NCBI RefSeq assembly: GCF_964355755.1
Contig: NC_092677.1
Coordinates: 11,244,101 to 11,308,100, forward strand
From: Antedon mediterranea
Lineage: Eukaryota > Animalia > Echinodermata
Reading direction: 5' to 3'
Length of the DNA stretch: 64,000 bases
Shown: in pieces, positions 1-12,143 of the stretch
Layout: every line of letters starts with the position of its first letter
How positions within the stretch are numbered: the first letter of the stretch is position 1
Position numbers and translations under genes: made by a program
Notes under the pieces: generated by a model
Told to the model about the DNA's origin: nothing
Database searches by the model: none
What the model saw: the letters and a program-made list of their open reading frames with translations, nothing else

Positions 1-181
1 CCCTAGAAGGGTCACTAATGTTCTCTATATTTTATCACAACTGTAAGCTGAGAAATGCATCGAGATACTTAACATCATTGTTTTGATTTCCAAAATTCCA
101 ATTACTTGGTGTTATTTATCAAAAACCAACCATAAAATGTGCTGATAAATATAAAAATAATTGTTGCTGCCTGTTTTGCAG

Positions 182-3100
182 GAGATGAACTTCTACCATA
201 TCTACCAGCTTTAATGGAAAAACTACTTCACAATTTGCAGACATCAACTGCAGTACACACAAGAGAGTTAGCAATTAGTGCTATTGGTGAGTCTGAAGCG
301 TTTAGTGTGGCTTGCACAAGAATGATACCATACCATTTAACAACTTTTAGACATCTACTGGTGTGAGAACGTTTACTTTGTGCTTAATGCGCATACAATA
401 TTAGATTATGAGAAGTTGAATCTGTTCAGGCCTATGCTTACTCCTGGCAAGTTTGTGCTTAAAATTTTCCAAATACATATTATTAATGACATCATATATT
501 TATTAAGGTTTCCAATGCTATAACCATCTGTTAATTTGCATTTCAGGTGCCACAGCAAATGCAGCGAAGCAGAACATGTGTCCATATTTTCTTCAAATTA
601 TGGAGCCACTCAGAGGTTATCTACTGGAATCAGATATGGGCTCAGCATTAGTTTTAAAAATTCAGGCTGTAGGTATGTTAATAAATATGTGAATTGTATT
701 TTCTAAAAGTTGTCAAGGGATTAGTGAATTTGATCAGTTGTACTATTTCTAAGGCTAACTTTGAATGATGTATTGGTTAGCTCCGCATGCATAATTACCT
801 GCCTTGGCCCATCATCATCCAAATAATAGTTAAATCCAGACTGTATTCTGGCCTAGTGGTTCCCTTTTTTCTGATCTTTTTTTTATGTCTTGGTATTCCT
901 CTTTTTCTTATTTTTCTGGTGTTCTCGTCTCTCTTCAGATACACTTGGCGTTTTAGCAAGAACAATAGGAGCGGAGAATTTCATACCATTAGTAAATGAG
1001 AGTATTCAATTAGGTTTACAGTTAATTAATGAGGTCAACGACCCTGATTTAAGGAGATGCACGTAAGTAGATAACTATATTCCAATTCAAGACAAATTTT
1101 GGACAATTTTACACACTTCAAAATTCTAATTAAAAAGTGACCAGTTTGTGACAAAAATCTTTTTTTTTAAAATTTGATAGGTATGGTCTGTTTGCTTCGA
1201 TATCTACTGTAATCAAAGAAGGCATGGCACCTCACTTAAATACAATTGTAAAGCTTATGATAGACTCCTTACAGTCAACAGAAGGAGTTGTGGTAAGTGG
1301 CTGGATGCCTCAGTCTAGCATTATTTTTTTATGGAAAGGTTTTCTCTGATGTAGGGTGGTTAAGAAAATATTTTTGTGTGTGTATGTATATTTGATAAAC
1401 AAGGCTCCCGTAGGTGAAAATCAGGTGGGAAGTACGATACTTATATTTGATCATGTTTACTGCTTCTTTTAGGCTCATTTCAAAGAAGATGAGAATGAAA
1501 TGCTGCAAGTATTTGGTGAGGATGATGGGGAATTAGACGAGGAAGAAGACATTAGTATAGAAGAGGAGGATGAAGAGGAAGATATTGAAGGGTACTACCA
1601 CAGATTTGTTCCTTTTATTGTATTATTTTTATACTCTTTTTATATCTTTTTATATTATAACTCCCTGTTTTATATCGGTCTGTTGTAAAAATATTACACG
1701 TTTCTGTACTCTGCAGATACAGTGTTGAGAATGCTTATCTTGAAGAAAAGGAAGACACATGCAATGCATTAGGAGAAATAGCTTTTAACAGTAGGTAAGA
1801 GAATAGTGATAAATCAACTATTTGTTACAATCATCAGATATTTACCCACCCTTGTTTGTTATATAAGTATAATAAACTCTGCATGGCTGTGTAATAAAGT
1901 CTTTATACTACTGTATAATCAAAATATTTTTGATCGGAATTGATAATGTTTAATCAATTTTCTTTCTTTTAGTTTGGCATTTTTACCACATATCGATGAA
2001 TGCTTTTCCGAAATAATGGAGCTAATTGAATATCCAGCCAGTAACATTCGTAAGGCCGCCCTCTGTTGTATGGGTACAATCTGTCGTGTACTCTCAAGAG
2101 CGCAAAACGCAGTTGACAATGGAGGTGAAGGTAAAGGCTACATTAATATATTTATTGTAAACGTGGTCACATGCTGTACATCATGAATATTCATATTTAT
2201 TAATTATGCATTTTTCCAAATTGCAGTATTTGCAAAAGCATTGGAGAAGGTTATACCTTGTTTTATCAACATTATCAACACAGACTCGGAACGAACAGTT
2301 GTCATGGCAGCGCTAGAAACAATAAATGAGATGCTGAAAGAGGGCAGTAGTTCAATGGTGTCGGAGCAAAGCCATGTTTCAAGTATTACAAGTGCAATAA
2401 GAAATGTGCTTCAATTAAAGGTAAACAAATGTGCGATGAACTTTGACCCTGATGTTCTAATAGTGAACATGTGACATGAACTTTGACATGAATATTTTAG
2501 TACTTCACAATATTGTCAGGGAGTTTTCGCAACCTTACAAATACGATAACAAAAACGGATACGTCACGCACACGTATTCGTTTTTCGTAAGCCAGTAAAA
2601 ATCTGTTTCGCGCCGTCCAAAATATGACTGCGGTAAATTTGAGCGAAGCGCAGGTACGTGTTGCTTGGCTGCCTAGGCCTAGCGTAACATCAAAGCAAGT
2701 GAGGACTTTAAAAACTGCTATTTATCAAAATTGACCTGGAATTTTAGTAAATTACTTTAGTAAATTACTTTTAATAAAGTATAATTATATTATAATCATG
2801 AATCATTCCGGATTCAAATGCAAAATGTGCAAAATAGATCAAAAACTATACTCGTTTTGTAGTTACGAATATGACTGGTAATATTCGTCAACACGAATAC
2901 GCTTTACGAATATGAAATGGGGATCAGCTCAAAAGTTTCACAAATGTGTGACGTATCCGTTTTCGTTATCATATTCGTAAGGTTGCGAAAACTCCCTATT
3001 ATAAAAAGAACATATAAAAAACAAATGAAACACAAAAATATAATATAAATGTAAAAGGATGTGAATAGCCTAAATAAAGAATATCATAGTCCAGACTCCA

Positions 3101-6100
3101 TTCGAAACTCGCCATGAATGAATCTCCTAGTTGCAGGCAACAGGACGTTTTTTATTCAATAGATAGTTTACAAAGTTATCAGTAGTTAGTTTTTTGTTTT
3201 GTTATATATTTAGGCAAATTGCCAAGCATAACCATAAGCGATTAATTCATTATCCTTAAAAGTGGAAATCCTGTTCACAAGACAAACATATACACAAGAT
3301 GCTCTACATAAATAAAGTCTTTTTACAAGTCTTTGTGAGTGGAGTTGTAAATTGTCATTAGAAAAATCCTGAAATGACAGGACTTGATCCCAGGACCCTT
3401 GGATTTGTAGCCAAGCATCATAACCACCAAGCCACAACTCCACCATGGCACCATTTAGATTATTATATAGTTTAGAATGTCTATGTATCATATAACGGGC
3501 AAATTCTGTGATACAGAATTACATGTCTTTCACATGTGATGCTTGTATCATAGGCCATTATATGGTAAGCGATTGAATTTATTTATGTGTGTTTCAGACT
3601 GCTTGCCAAGATGAGGATGATGAGGATGACTATGATGAGGACCCTCAGCAGGCAGAACATGATGAAATGTTGATAGAGTATGCTGGAGAAATCATACCAT
3701 CACTGGCTAAAGCTATGGGTGGCCAGGCCTTTGGACCATACCTAGCAGGGGCATTACCACTACTTGTCATGAAAACCGTACGTATCATACTGTAATGCAC
3801 GGTTATCAAGGACATTGTGCCCAAAAGGTTTTTTAAATGCACTGGGTATTATTTGTAAACAACACTGAACCGGCAATAGTAAAGAGTAGTGCAGGACTAA
3901 AATAAGGTCAAGAGGAGCCTTTTATTGCCCTGGTCTTAACCACTTGACCACTCAACTCAACCCATCTGGTGCAGACACAATTATTTAGAAATAAAGCATG
4001 AATAATCTATTGCATAATACCCGACACAATGGGAATTTTCCAGACCATTAGTAGTATACAAAAGAAATTATATTTTTTCCAAAGCTCTGTCTACACTCTT
4101 AAACTAAGGTGACAAAAAATGTGATGTGCCATCATGAACATGATGATGTCATATCACTACTATATTTGAGCATATCACTACCATATTTGGGCACATCACA
4201 CTTTTTATCGAACTAATTTGATAATGTAGACATATTAATCTCTTCATTATTAGAAAAAGACATGCACGGTGGCAGAGAAGTCATTTTCAATCGGGACACT
4301 CTCTGAAATAGTCATCGCTATGGAAGATAGTATTCAGCCATTTGCCGGTCACCTTGTCCAAGTATTCGTCCAGGGTATGCAGGAAGAGGACCCAGAAGTA
4401 CGCAGCAACGCAGTCTTCGGTATCGGGGTCTTAGCAGAACATGGAAAGGAAACACTTTTTACGTATCTTTTAAAAGATGTTCACAACACTTTTATAGTTT
4501 GGACAATACTCTGCCTGTCATTGAAATATTTGTTCTTTTAGACCCCTGTAAATAATTCCTTGGCTTTGGACTTATGCATGTAGTTGTTACTGGTTTTTTT
4601 AAATACATCATCATTATTAAAGGTTTTCCAGCATGGCTCTCCATGCAGTACAATCTTCAACCACTATCTTCACTTCTACGTAAGATGATTCTTATATCAT
4701 TATTTGTTAAATCTTCATTCTTTATATACAAATTATTGATATACTGTATATTATGTATAAATTTCCTATAACTTTTACATAGACATTATCCAGTCATACT
4801 AAGTGTTATATCAGATCTAATTGGAAAAGAAGATGACCAGTGTGTAATTGATAACATTTGTGGAGCTGTTGCAAGGTTGGTCTTGACAAACACTGAAGCA
4901 GTACCAGTTGCCCAGGTAATCATTGAACGGGTTGGTTGTGGTTCTACTGTATCTCGTGACATCTTCCTGTCGCTCTTCTCGATCTTTGGCTATTTATCTG
5001 CCCATAATTTCTTCCACTCTCTATATATGTTATCTTTCTTTTAGACGCTTTTCTTCTGTTCTTTCTTTCAACACTGTTTGTAACTAACTCTTGTATATCA
5101 GAAGTTTTTAGTCTGATCTGTCTTCTGTTCCTTATGATCACCAGTCAATACTATATGTTAATAAACTTTTGTAGGTGTTGCCACGTCTTGTGCAGCTCCT
5201 ACCATTGAAGGAGGATCAAGAGGAGAATAACACCGTGTTCAAGTGTATTCATCATTTATATGGTTCTGGCCATGAAGCAATCCCTTCTTTAATTCCACAG
5301 CTGCTAGCAGTCTTTGCTCAAGTCCTTGGTACTACACAAATTAAAGAAGGTATAGCATGGGTTTATTATTTGAAACAAGGCTAGACCAAATGTTTGATAT
5401 CAATAATAAACTGTAATTTTGTTTAACTAGATGGTATGCTCGCTTCGCTCGCGTACCATCTAGGTCGTGCCCACAGATGGTTCTCGAATACACAGTAATT
5501 TCAGCGTAAAAAAATGCTTTTTTTTTTATGTACGTACTGCAGGATGATAATAGTTATTATTGTTTACAGAAACGAATAAATAGACACGATGATTTATGTA
5601 TTAAACTGAAATTAGCACACTGGGAATTACTTCCGAAAGAAAAACTTGTCACAAAATGAGTCCAAATTTGTTATTTGGACTCATTTAAACAAACCCAATT
5701 TGTGTTTTGTGTGTAACATTAGGGTTGAGGGATGGGGAAAGAGGATATGGGTACAAAGAAGAACAATGTTTTAATATATTCTTTATCTACTCAGTAACGA
5801 AATATGTTTTTCATGTTTGATAGGCCTATAAATAATATACCACTTGATACAGTAACACATTTGCGATTTAATACTTTGTTAAAACTGTCACTGTTATAGT
5901 CCATTGAAATAGCATGTACATGTAACGATACACGTACCACTACAACGTTTATATTCTTTGTAATTATTAATTAATACAAACATTGAGAAGCAACTGTCAG
6001 TAGTACAGTTTATTTGTATATTGTACGTTTTGTATAACAGTAGGGCCTACTCACAGGCCTATAAATAATATACCACTTGATACAGTAACACATTTGCGAC

Positions 6101-7486
6101 TTAATACTTTATTGTTAAAACTGTCACTGTCATAGTCGATTGAAATAGAATACGGTAGTACATGTAACGATACACGTACCACTGCAACGTTTATATTCTT
6201 TGTAATTATTAATTAATACAAACGTTGAGAAGCAACTGTCAGTACTACAGTTTATTTGTATATTGTACGTTCTATATAACAGTAGGGCCTACACTCACAG
6301 TAATATGTTTATTTGTACATGATTGTGTTATACATCTAACAGTACCCACACTCACAGTAAATTCAATGGCGACCACAAATGTTAATACGTATTTATTGCA
6401 ATACTATATCTATATATAGGTTTTAGGTTAATTCCCCAAGGGCCATTAAATTTACCTACAGCTGGTGGTACTTGTGTTAAAGCAAAGAGTTATTATTGGA
6501 ATGTTCCATTCATCGGAAATCAATACATTTGTATAAATGTATATTAAATCTATCAAAATAGTATGTTTTTAAGAAAATAGGTCTGTCTTCAACATTATGA
6601 TGCTGTACTCGAGCTGTTCAACCGGTTTTCATCCCTTAAAAACAATTATCGTAGGAGGAGATAGGAAAATGCGAAGCATCCTCGTATTATTGTATGCGGG
6701 TATTTTTCAAGATATACATGCATTGGACAGTGTATACCACGATCGGAAAACACCCCTATTTGGGGCAAATCGTTGAACCTAAATTCGTTTTAATCGTCAA
6801 TAACTAATTATCGAACTCCATTTAATTAGTAAACAGGGTTACATCAGGTGGTTAAAATCAGTATCGAAAGTACGAACCAACGTTATATACCATCGAGTAA
6901 ACATTCTAGAAGTAAGGCGCGATTTACCGAATTTTGCCCTTACGTAAATTTATATATAGATTACCGTGGAGTAGTTTTTCGTCGGAGAGTCAAGTGTTCT
7001 TAATTTACTTGTATAAAATACAAATTATCTCAGAGTAGGGCAAAAAAATCTTACCAATCATAAACTAGCTGAAGAGTAGAGGTAGCCGATGCTTGGTACT
7101 GTATCTTTAATTTGTTGCCATAGGTGACATGTGTCATATGTGACACCTGTATCATAGACCATAATCCTACCAAAACCTTAAAATACTATAGGTGCCACAT
7201 GTGATACATATGTGACACTGTATTGCAGAATTTTCCTATGATATAGGACAGATAATAATATGTAGATACAGTACACAGAATCCAATGACCTGGTAATTTA
7301 ATTAATTTCATTTTTCTGATATTTAATTTATGGTTAATTTATGTTTTTTCAGAGACGCAGGGACTTATTATTCAAATTATACAGAGTATTCACAATCAAA
7401 GTCCAGATGAATTCAATAGATTACTGGCAGCATTACCGCAAGATCTGGCTGTCAGGTTATCTGCTGTTGTTTGTGGTTCATCTTAG
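182..7486 (+). CDS. IPO4: Importin-4 (karyopherin beta family), 3' portion; 5' exons lie upstream of the window. Approx. exons 182-286, 548-672, 940-1062, 1181-1292, 1473-1591, 1717-1794, 1973-2130, 2227-2420, 3598-3777, 4254-4462, 4783-4915, 5175-5349, 7353-7486
   Basis: Spliced HEAT-repeat peptides with GT-AG boundaries: RELAISAIG, an acidic loop then YSVENAYLEEKEDTC, DEMLIEYAGEIIPSLAKAMGG, AEKSFSIGTLSE, EVRSNAVFGIG, IDNICGAVAR, LPLKEDQEE. Stop TAG at 7484-7486. Confidence 0.92.
2518..2997. mobile_element. MITE with ~50-bp terminal inverted repeats (Harbinger-like) in an IPO4 intron
   Basis: agggagttttcgcaaccttac...cggatacgtcac at 2518 is mirrored by gtgacgtatccg...gtaaggttgcgaaaactccct ending at 2997. 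No ORF. Confidence 0.8.
3365..3440 (-). repeat. Degenerate tRNA-derived (SINE-head-like) sequence
   Basis: The minus strand reads tgtggcttggtggttatgatgcttggctacaaatccaagggtcctgggatcaagtcctg, with A-box-like and B-box-like segments at tRNA spacing. Confidence 0.45.
4081..4231. mobile_element. Short MITE family with TIR agctctgtctacactatcaaact. Other copies at ~25064-25186, 30131-30322, 46243-46335, 53932-54086, 57059-57198
   Basis: Shared terminal inverted repeats plus a shared internal gatgtgcccaaatatggtagtgatat core in at least six dispersed copies. Confidence 0.8.
4463..4782 (+). other. Probable U12-type (minor spliceosome) GT-AG intron of IPO4
   Basis: The 5' splice site is GTATCTTT (U12 consensus RTATCCTT). 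A branch-like TTCCTATAAC lies ~10 nt before the TAG acceptor, and the frame is kept (ETLFT/HYPVIL). Confidence 0.65.
5427..6960 (-). mobile_element. Non-autonomous Helitron-like element(s) in the last IPO4 intron
   Basis: The minus-strand 3' end is a GC-rich hairpin ending in CTAG followed by T (5427-5462). Candidate 5' ends are CCTATATATAG (~6420) and A/TCTATATATA (~6960). An internal ~230-bp direct repeat lies at 5822-6050 and 6054-6290. Confidence 0.6.
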
Positions 7487-8135
7487 CACAAGACAATGGC
7501 AGAAATGCAAACTGTTAAGGCCAACCCAGACAGCGTCACACAACGAGGCCCTATGAATAGTCACGTCAGAAGAAAATTAAATATGTTTCAGGTTTAGAAA
7601 CTACTGTCCAACGCTATCATAAGACTACCCGTCTCGTCTGGATTCAACGAGTCAAGATGTTTCGTCGGGCCTCGTCGTACGATTTCGTTTCGTTTCGTTT
7701 ATTTATTTTTTCCACTCACTTATATATATATATATATATATATCATTTACATTTACATAACATAACATATATTAAATGTGGGTGGATGGAAGTCACAGTA
7801 AGTTCACTGAACTTTAAGTCGTGACTCCCGTATGCCTAAGTATACTAACATTGCTACAGAGTAGACTAAAATATAAATATATAATAGTGAAAGTACATAA
7901 AATAAAGAAATAAAAAAAAAATTTAAATTATAGAAGTTAAGATAAACCAGGCAATTATATAATATATGATAAAAGGGATAATGATAACAATTAGAGTACA
8001 ATATGAAATATAATTAAATATGGTATAATAACAAGTATAACGATACAATGTAGCGGAGATTATTGAATACCAGGGTGAAGGATTTAATGCCATGTATCAC
8101 CACCAAATAAATAAGGATAAAAGATCGGCGAAAAT

Positions 8136-9220
8136 TTATGTAGCATATTCTGACACCATTTTGTGTTTGAAATTAGATTTAAAACTAGAAAAGGAAGATT
8201 TCTGTTTAAGTTCATTTGAGAGTGAAGTCCAAAGTTTGGGACCAAAATAATACATAGAAAATCGTCGAGCCTTAACATTTAAATTATCAAGGATATAATT
8301 GTTAACAGAGGATCGGGTTTTATAGGAATGGCGTTCGTCAATTCTTGTAAATAAAGCATTAAAATGTGAAGGCAGTAAATTGTTAGATAAACGGTACATA
8401 AATGAGGCAACTTGTAATTTATTTAAATCATAAATGTTTAAAACGTTAAATCTTTTAAAAAGTAATTTTGTATGGGCTCTAAATGATTCTCCCGCGCAAA
8501 TCCGAAGTGCACGTTTTTGTAGTTTAAAAAGGCGGTCAATTTGAGTTTTCTCTAGACTTGTCCAGGGGCATAACGTATTAAATTTATCTAGAGTAATTGC
8601 CCAACATAAATTGGCATAAGAAAGGTAAGGCAAAACTAAAGTATTATAAAGGGTTAATAAGGTTTTTTGAGGGAAGATATGTTTTAATTTGTTCAATATT
8701 CCAACATTTCTAGAAACTAGATTACTGATTTTATTTATATGTAGTTTCCAAGTCAGAGAGGCATCTATGGTTACTCCTAAAAATTGGGTTTCATTAACTC
8801 GTTTGATCATTTTATTATCAATGTATATTTGTTCATTTAAAGAATTTGAAATTTTACGTTTAGAAAATATTATATAGTTCGTTTTGAATGTATTAAGAGT
8901 TAATTTATTGTGTTTGAGCCAATTTGAAACTTTAAGTAACTCATCATTGACAATTTTAAACAAGGTATTTAATTTAGGATGAGAGAAAAAAATATTTGTG
9001 TCGTCAGCAAATAAGATAAAATTTAGTAATTTAGAGCTGTTTGGTATATCGTTAACAAAAATCAGGAATAAGAGTGGTCCAAGAATCGATCCTTGGGGAA
9101 CACCACAGGTTAAACGGGAATAGGAAGAGTTAAAATTATTTAAGGAAGTAAACTGAACACGATTGGAAAGGTAGCTTTTAATTAGTTTTAAAGGAAGGCC
9201 TCTGATACCGTAATTTGAAC
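8136..9220 (-). pseudogene. LINE ORF2 C-terminal fragment (RT domains ~4-7 and C-terminal region)
   Basis: Open frame SNYGIRGLPLKLIKSYLSNRVQ...CGVPQGSILGPLLFLIFVND...LFADDTNIF...WLKHNKLTLNTFKT...FLGVTIDASLTWKLHI...LQKRALRI. No endonuclease and no in-frame ATG upstream of the RT motifs. Confidence 0.9.
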
Positions 9221-9272
9221 ATTCCGATCACTAGTATGGCAATGGAATTTCGAAAGGTTTACCGGAACTATT

Positions 9273-9902
9273 TCAATGGAATTTCGAAAAGTTTACCGGA
9301 ATGCCAGTTGAAGTTCGCCATTTTCCAGCCGTAAAACGAAGCTTGGTACCTTTATTGTACATCTCTTTTACTTGTGATCTCCATTTCTTTTTTTCCAGTA
9401 GATCGGCAGCAGTAAGATCATCTATGATATAAAATTTCTGGCTATCTAGCGCAGAACTTCGTTGTTTCATAACTTCAATCTTAGAAGCGTATGAGAGAAA
9501 ACGGGCAATGATATGCCTTGGCTTGCCGTTCATACTTTTACCATCTCGGTGGGCCCGTTCGATTGTTGGCCTGGGATCGAGTGTGAAAAAATCGGAAAGA
9601 ATGTTCTCAAAGATTAACTTACAGTTTTCTTTTGTGTTCTCTTCCACACCAACAATTCTTACGTTATTACGACGAGAAAAGCGTTCCGTCTTGTTAATTT
9701 TTGCCAACAGGTCAGTTGTACTACCTTGTAAATTAGCAACTGTTGTTGTCAGCTCTGTGACAGTCGTTTTTAATTCCTTGTTTTCATCTTCAAGGGCATC
9801 TATTCTAGCAGAATTAAACGATATTGCTTCGTAAAGCTCAGCTTTATTAGATTCTTGGCCTTTTAAAATCGATTCAAGTTTTTTTTTAACAAACGATTCA
9901 CG
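9273..9902 (-). pseudogene. LINE ORF1 fragment (coiled coil plus L1-ORF1p/Transposase_22-type RRM and CTD), N-terminally truncated
   Basis: RIDALEDENKELK coiled coil followed by ERFSRRNNVRIVGVEE, IERAHR, KPRHIIARF and YIIDDLT, all typical ORF1p motifs. Confidence 0.85.
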
Positions 9903-10510
9903 ATCGATGCTGTCTGAGTTGGCCTTTAAAGAATCAGTGTTGATTGTAGCTTCAAAGTTGGCTTAATAAATTGAACACAGTAGAACCCCTATATGGAGGA
10001 CTCGTCAGGAACTAAAATAGGCGTGTTCATTGATATAAATAGGGGTGTAGTGTTATATATTGCCTCAAATTCTTTTCACAAAAAAATGTCCCCTTAAAAG
10101 GGGTGTCGCAAAGGATAGCTTCGAATTGCTCACTGTTGTAGTTATTATTTATTGATTGATTAACATTCAATAAACCAATTGGTCTTTGATCAAATCAAAT
10201 AATATTTATACGCCATATCTCATCACGCCATATCTCATCTCCCCCCCCCCCCTTTATTGCAAAGAAGCTTTATTTAAAATGATTGATATCCTTTATTTGA
10301 TTAGATAAGTCAACTGCCAAACTTTGTAAGTGTAACAAATAACAAAATCATTAAAAACAAAATTAATTTTAATTTTTGTACTTTATAAACAAAAATGATT
10401 ATTATTAAATTATGTTATCAAATAAATTTGATACAGCAAATAAACTGACACCTGTAAGTCTTGTAATAACTTTGAATTTATTTTATACATACAGTATTGT
10501 GTAAAGTTAA

Positions 10511-10851
10511 AGATGTATTGTCCCCCTGAAAAAATAATTGTAAGAATTATTATTTTTTTTTTTAATATTCCATTTTATTGTAACATAATAGTTATCCACT
10601 TTTATCAAAAATTAGATGGAAAAAAAATGTATTTCCCTGAAAAAAATGTAATTTAAAGCAAAAAATGGTCAAATTGGCTGGCAGCCAATGGATTTTTGGT
10701 TAAATTTAACCATTTATTTTGTCATTTTATAAGTGAAAACATTTTTTTTTTTTTTTCGTTTTTTTTATGGAAGTATTAAAACTACAAAATAACATTAAAA
10801 GTCTGTTTTAATAAATCGTCATTTTTCATGTTTTTGGGGGAAAATACATCT
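10511..10851. mobile_element. TTAA-flanked non-autonomous DNA transposon (Kolobok-like)
   Basis: TTAA/AGATGTATTGTCCCC...GGGGAAAATACATCT/TTAA. A reverse-orientation relative lies at 50492-50810 and a partial copy at ~36643-36954. Confidence 0.8.
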
Positions 10852-11677
10852 TTAATGCTTCTACATTGCAATTACTTTAATTTTTAATCATAAGCTAGTA
10901 ATTTCATGCTTGTGAATTACACAACACATGGCGTTTCATACGTATAATACATGAGCTCGTATTTTCAGACAAGAACAAGAAATATTTCTTACAAAAAACG
11001 CTGCTCGCTTATTGACGTAACAGTTTTAAAGATATATTGTCCCTCTGAAAAATATTTTTATATTAAATTAGTTTTTGAATGTCTCATTTTATTGTCACAT
11101 TAGTTGATTTTATTGCTGAGGTCAAGTCTGGGGGTCACTTCATCAAGCCTAGATGCTTCAAGTGTGAAGTATCCTATTACAAACAAAAACTCATTGTAAA
11201 TACCAGAAATGCTTTGGGATTTGTAATTTTAACATGACCTGCCCTAGTTTAAAAAAAACCAAAAAACGTCGGACTCTAGAACTAGAACTGATGCTTGCTT
11301 CCAGCTTCTGAATGAGTAGTCCTCTTGGGACGTAGCTGCCTAAAGCAGCAGCGTGAAAAGACAATTAATACATACAGTGGAAAGTCTATAGTAGGCCTAA
11401 TGTAACGTAGATTTATGTTTATGAAATATTAATAAAAACTAGATATAGATCATAATTATAGGCCTACAAGTTAAACAAATTTTTAAAATTCCAAGGAACA
11501 CTATTCGTTTTACACGGTTGGTCGTTTATGTCGCTCTAAATCCTGACGCTAAAAAAATAGAGGATATACGATTTTTGTGAATGTTGTATTTCAATGACGA
11601 CACATAAGTAATACACAGTTCCGGTAATAATTATTACTAAGGTTATGTTTTTGTTCCATTTGTTTTCGGAAAGTTAA

Positions 11678-12143
11678 AGATGTATTGTCCCTTGAAACAC
11701 ACAAAAATTAAGTTCAAAATATTCTAAATTTAAAGTGGCCATATCAAAGTACTGTAATATTAAAGTTATTCACTTAAAGTTGAAAATTTGAGGCAAAAAC
11801 AACAAGTTTACGTAATTAACAGGTAAATTAGTTTAATTACATTTCATCTGGAAAATCGTCACGAGCAAAAGTAAACAAAGATTTCAAACCATAAGTACGC
11901 ATTATGCATATGCTAAATTAGGATTGTTTACAACTCGTCACGGTTAAGAAGGTATTTTCACACAGATCATGAGGAAGTTTTATGATTATGCATACAGAGT
12001 AGCCAAACAAGCGCGTTTCATTATGGGATATGTTTTTGTTTGGTGATAGTTAATAACTATTATGATACTTCAAAATGACCCACAGTTTTTCGAAATCTTT
12101 TATTTTTTATTTTTTTGGAATTAGTCAAAGGGACAATACATCT
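11678..12143. mobile_element. Second TTAA-flanked Kolobok-like subfamily (same TIR, different interior)
   Basis: TTAA/AGATGTATTGTCCCTT...AAGGGACAATACATCT/TTAA. Confidence 0.8.

Larger units (their letters stand above)
7684..9904 (-). mobile_element. 5'-truncated, internally deleted LINE of the CR1/L2 group (Crack/Daphne-like)
   Basis: Contains an ORF1 fragment, the RT C-terminal half and a 3' UTR ending AATAAA plus an (AAACG)n tail. It is flanked by CGAT repeats (7680-7683 and 9905-9908) and interrupts a MITE. Confidence 0.88.

Noticed and set aside
9508-9834. 108-aa plus-strand ORF
   Set aside because: It is antisense to LINE ORF1 and has no independent support.
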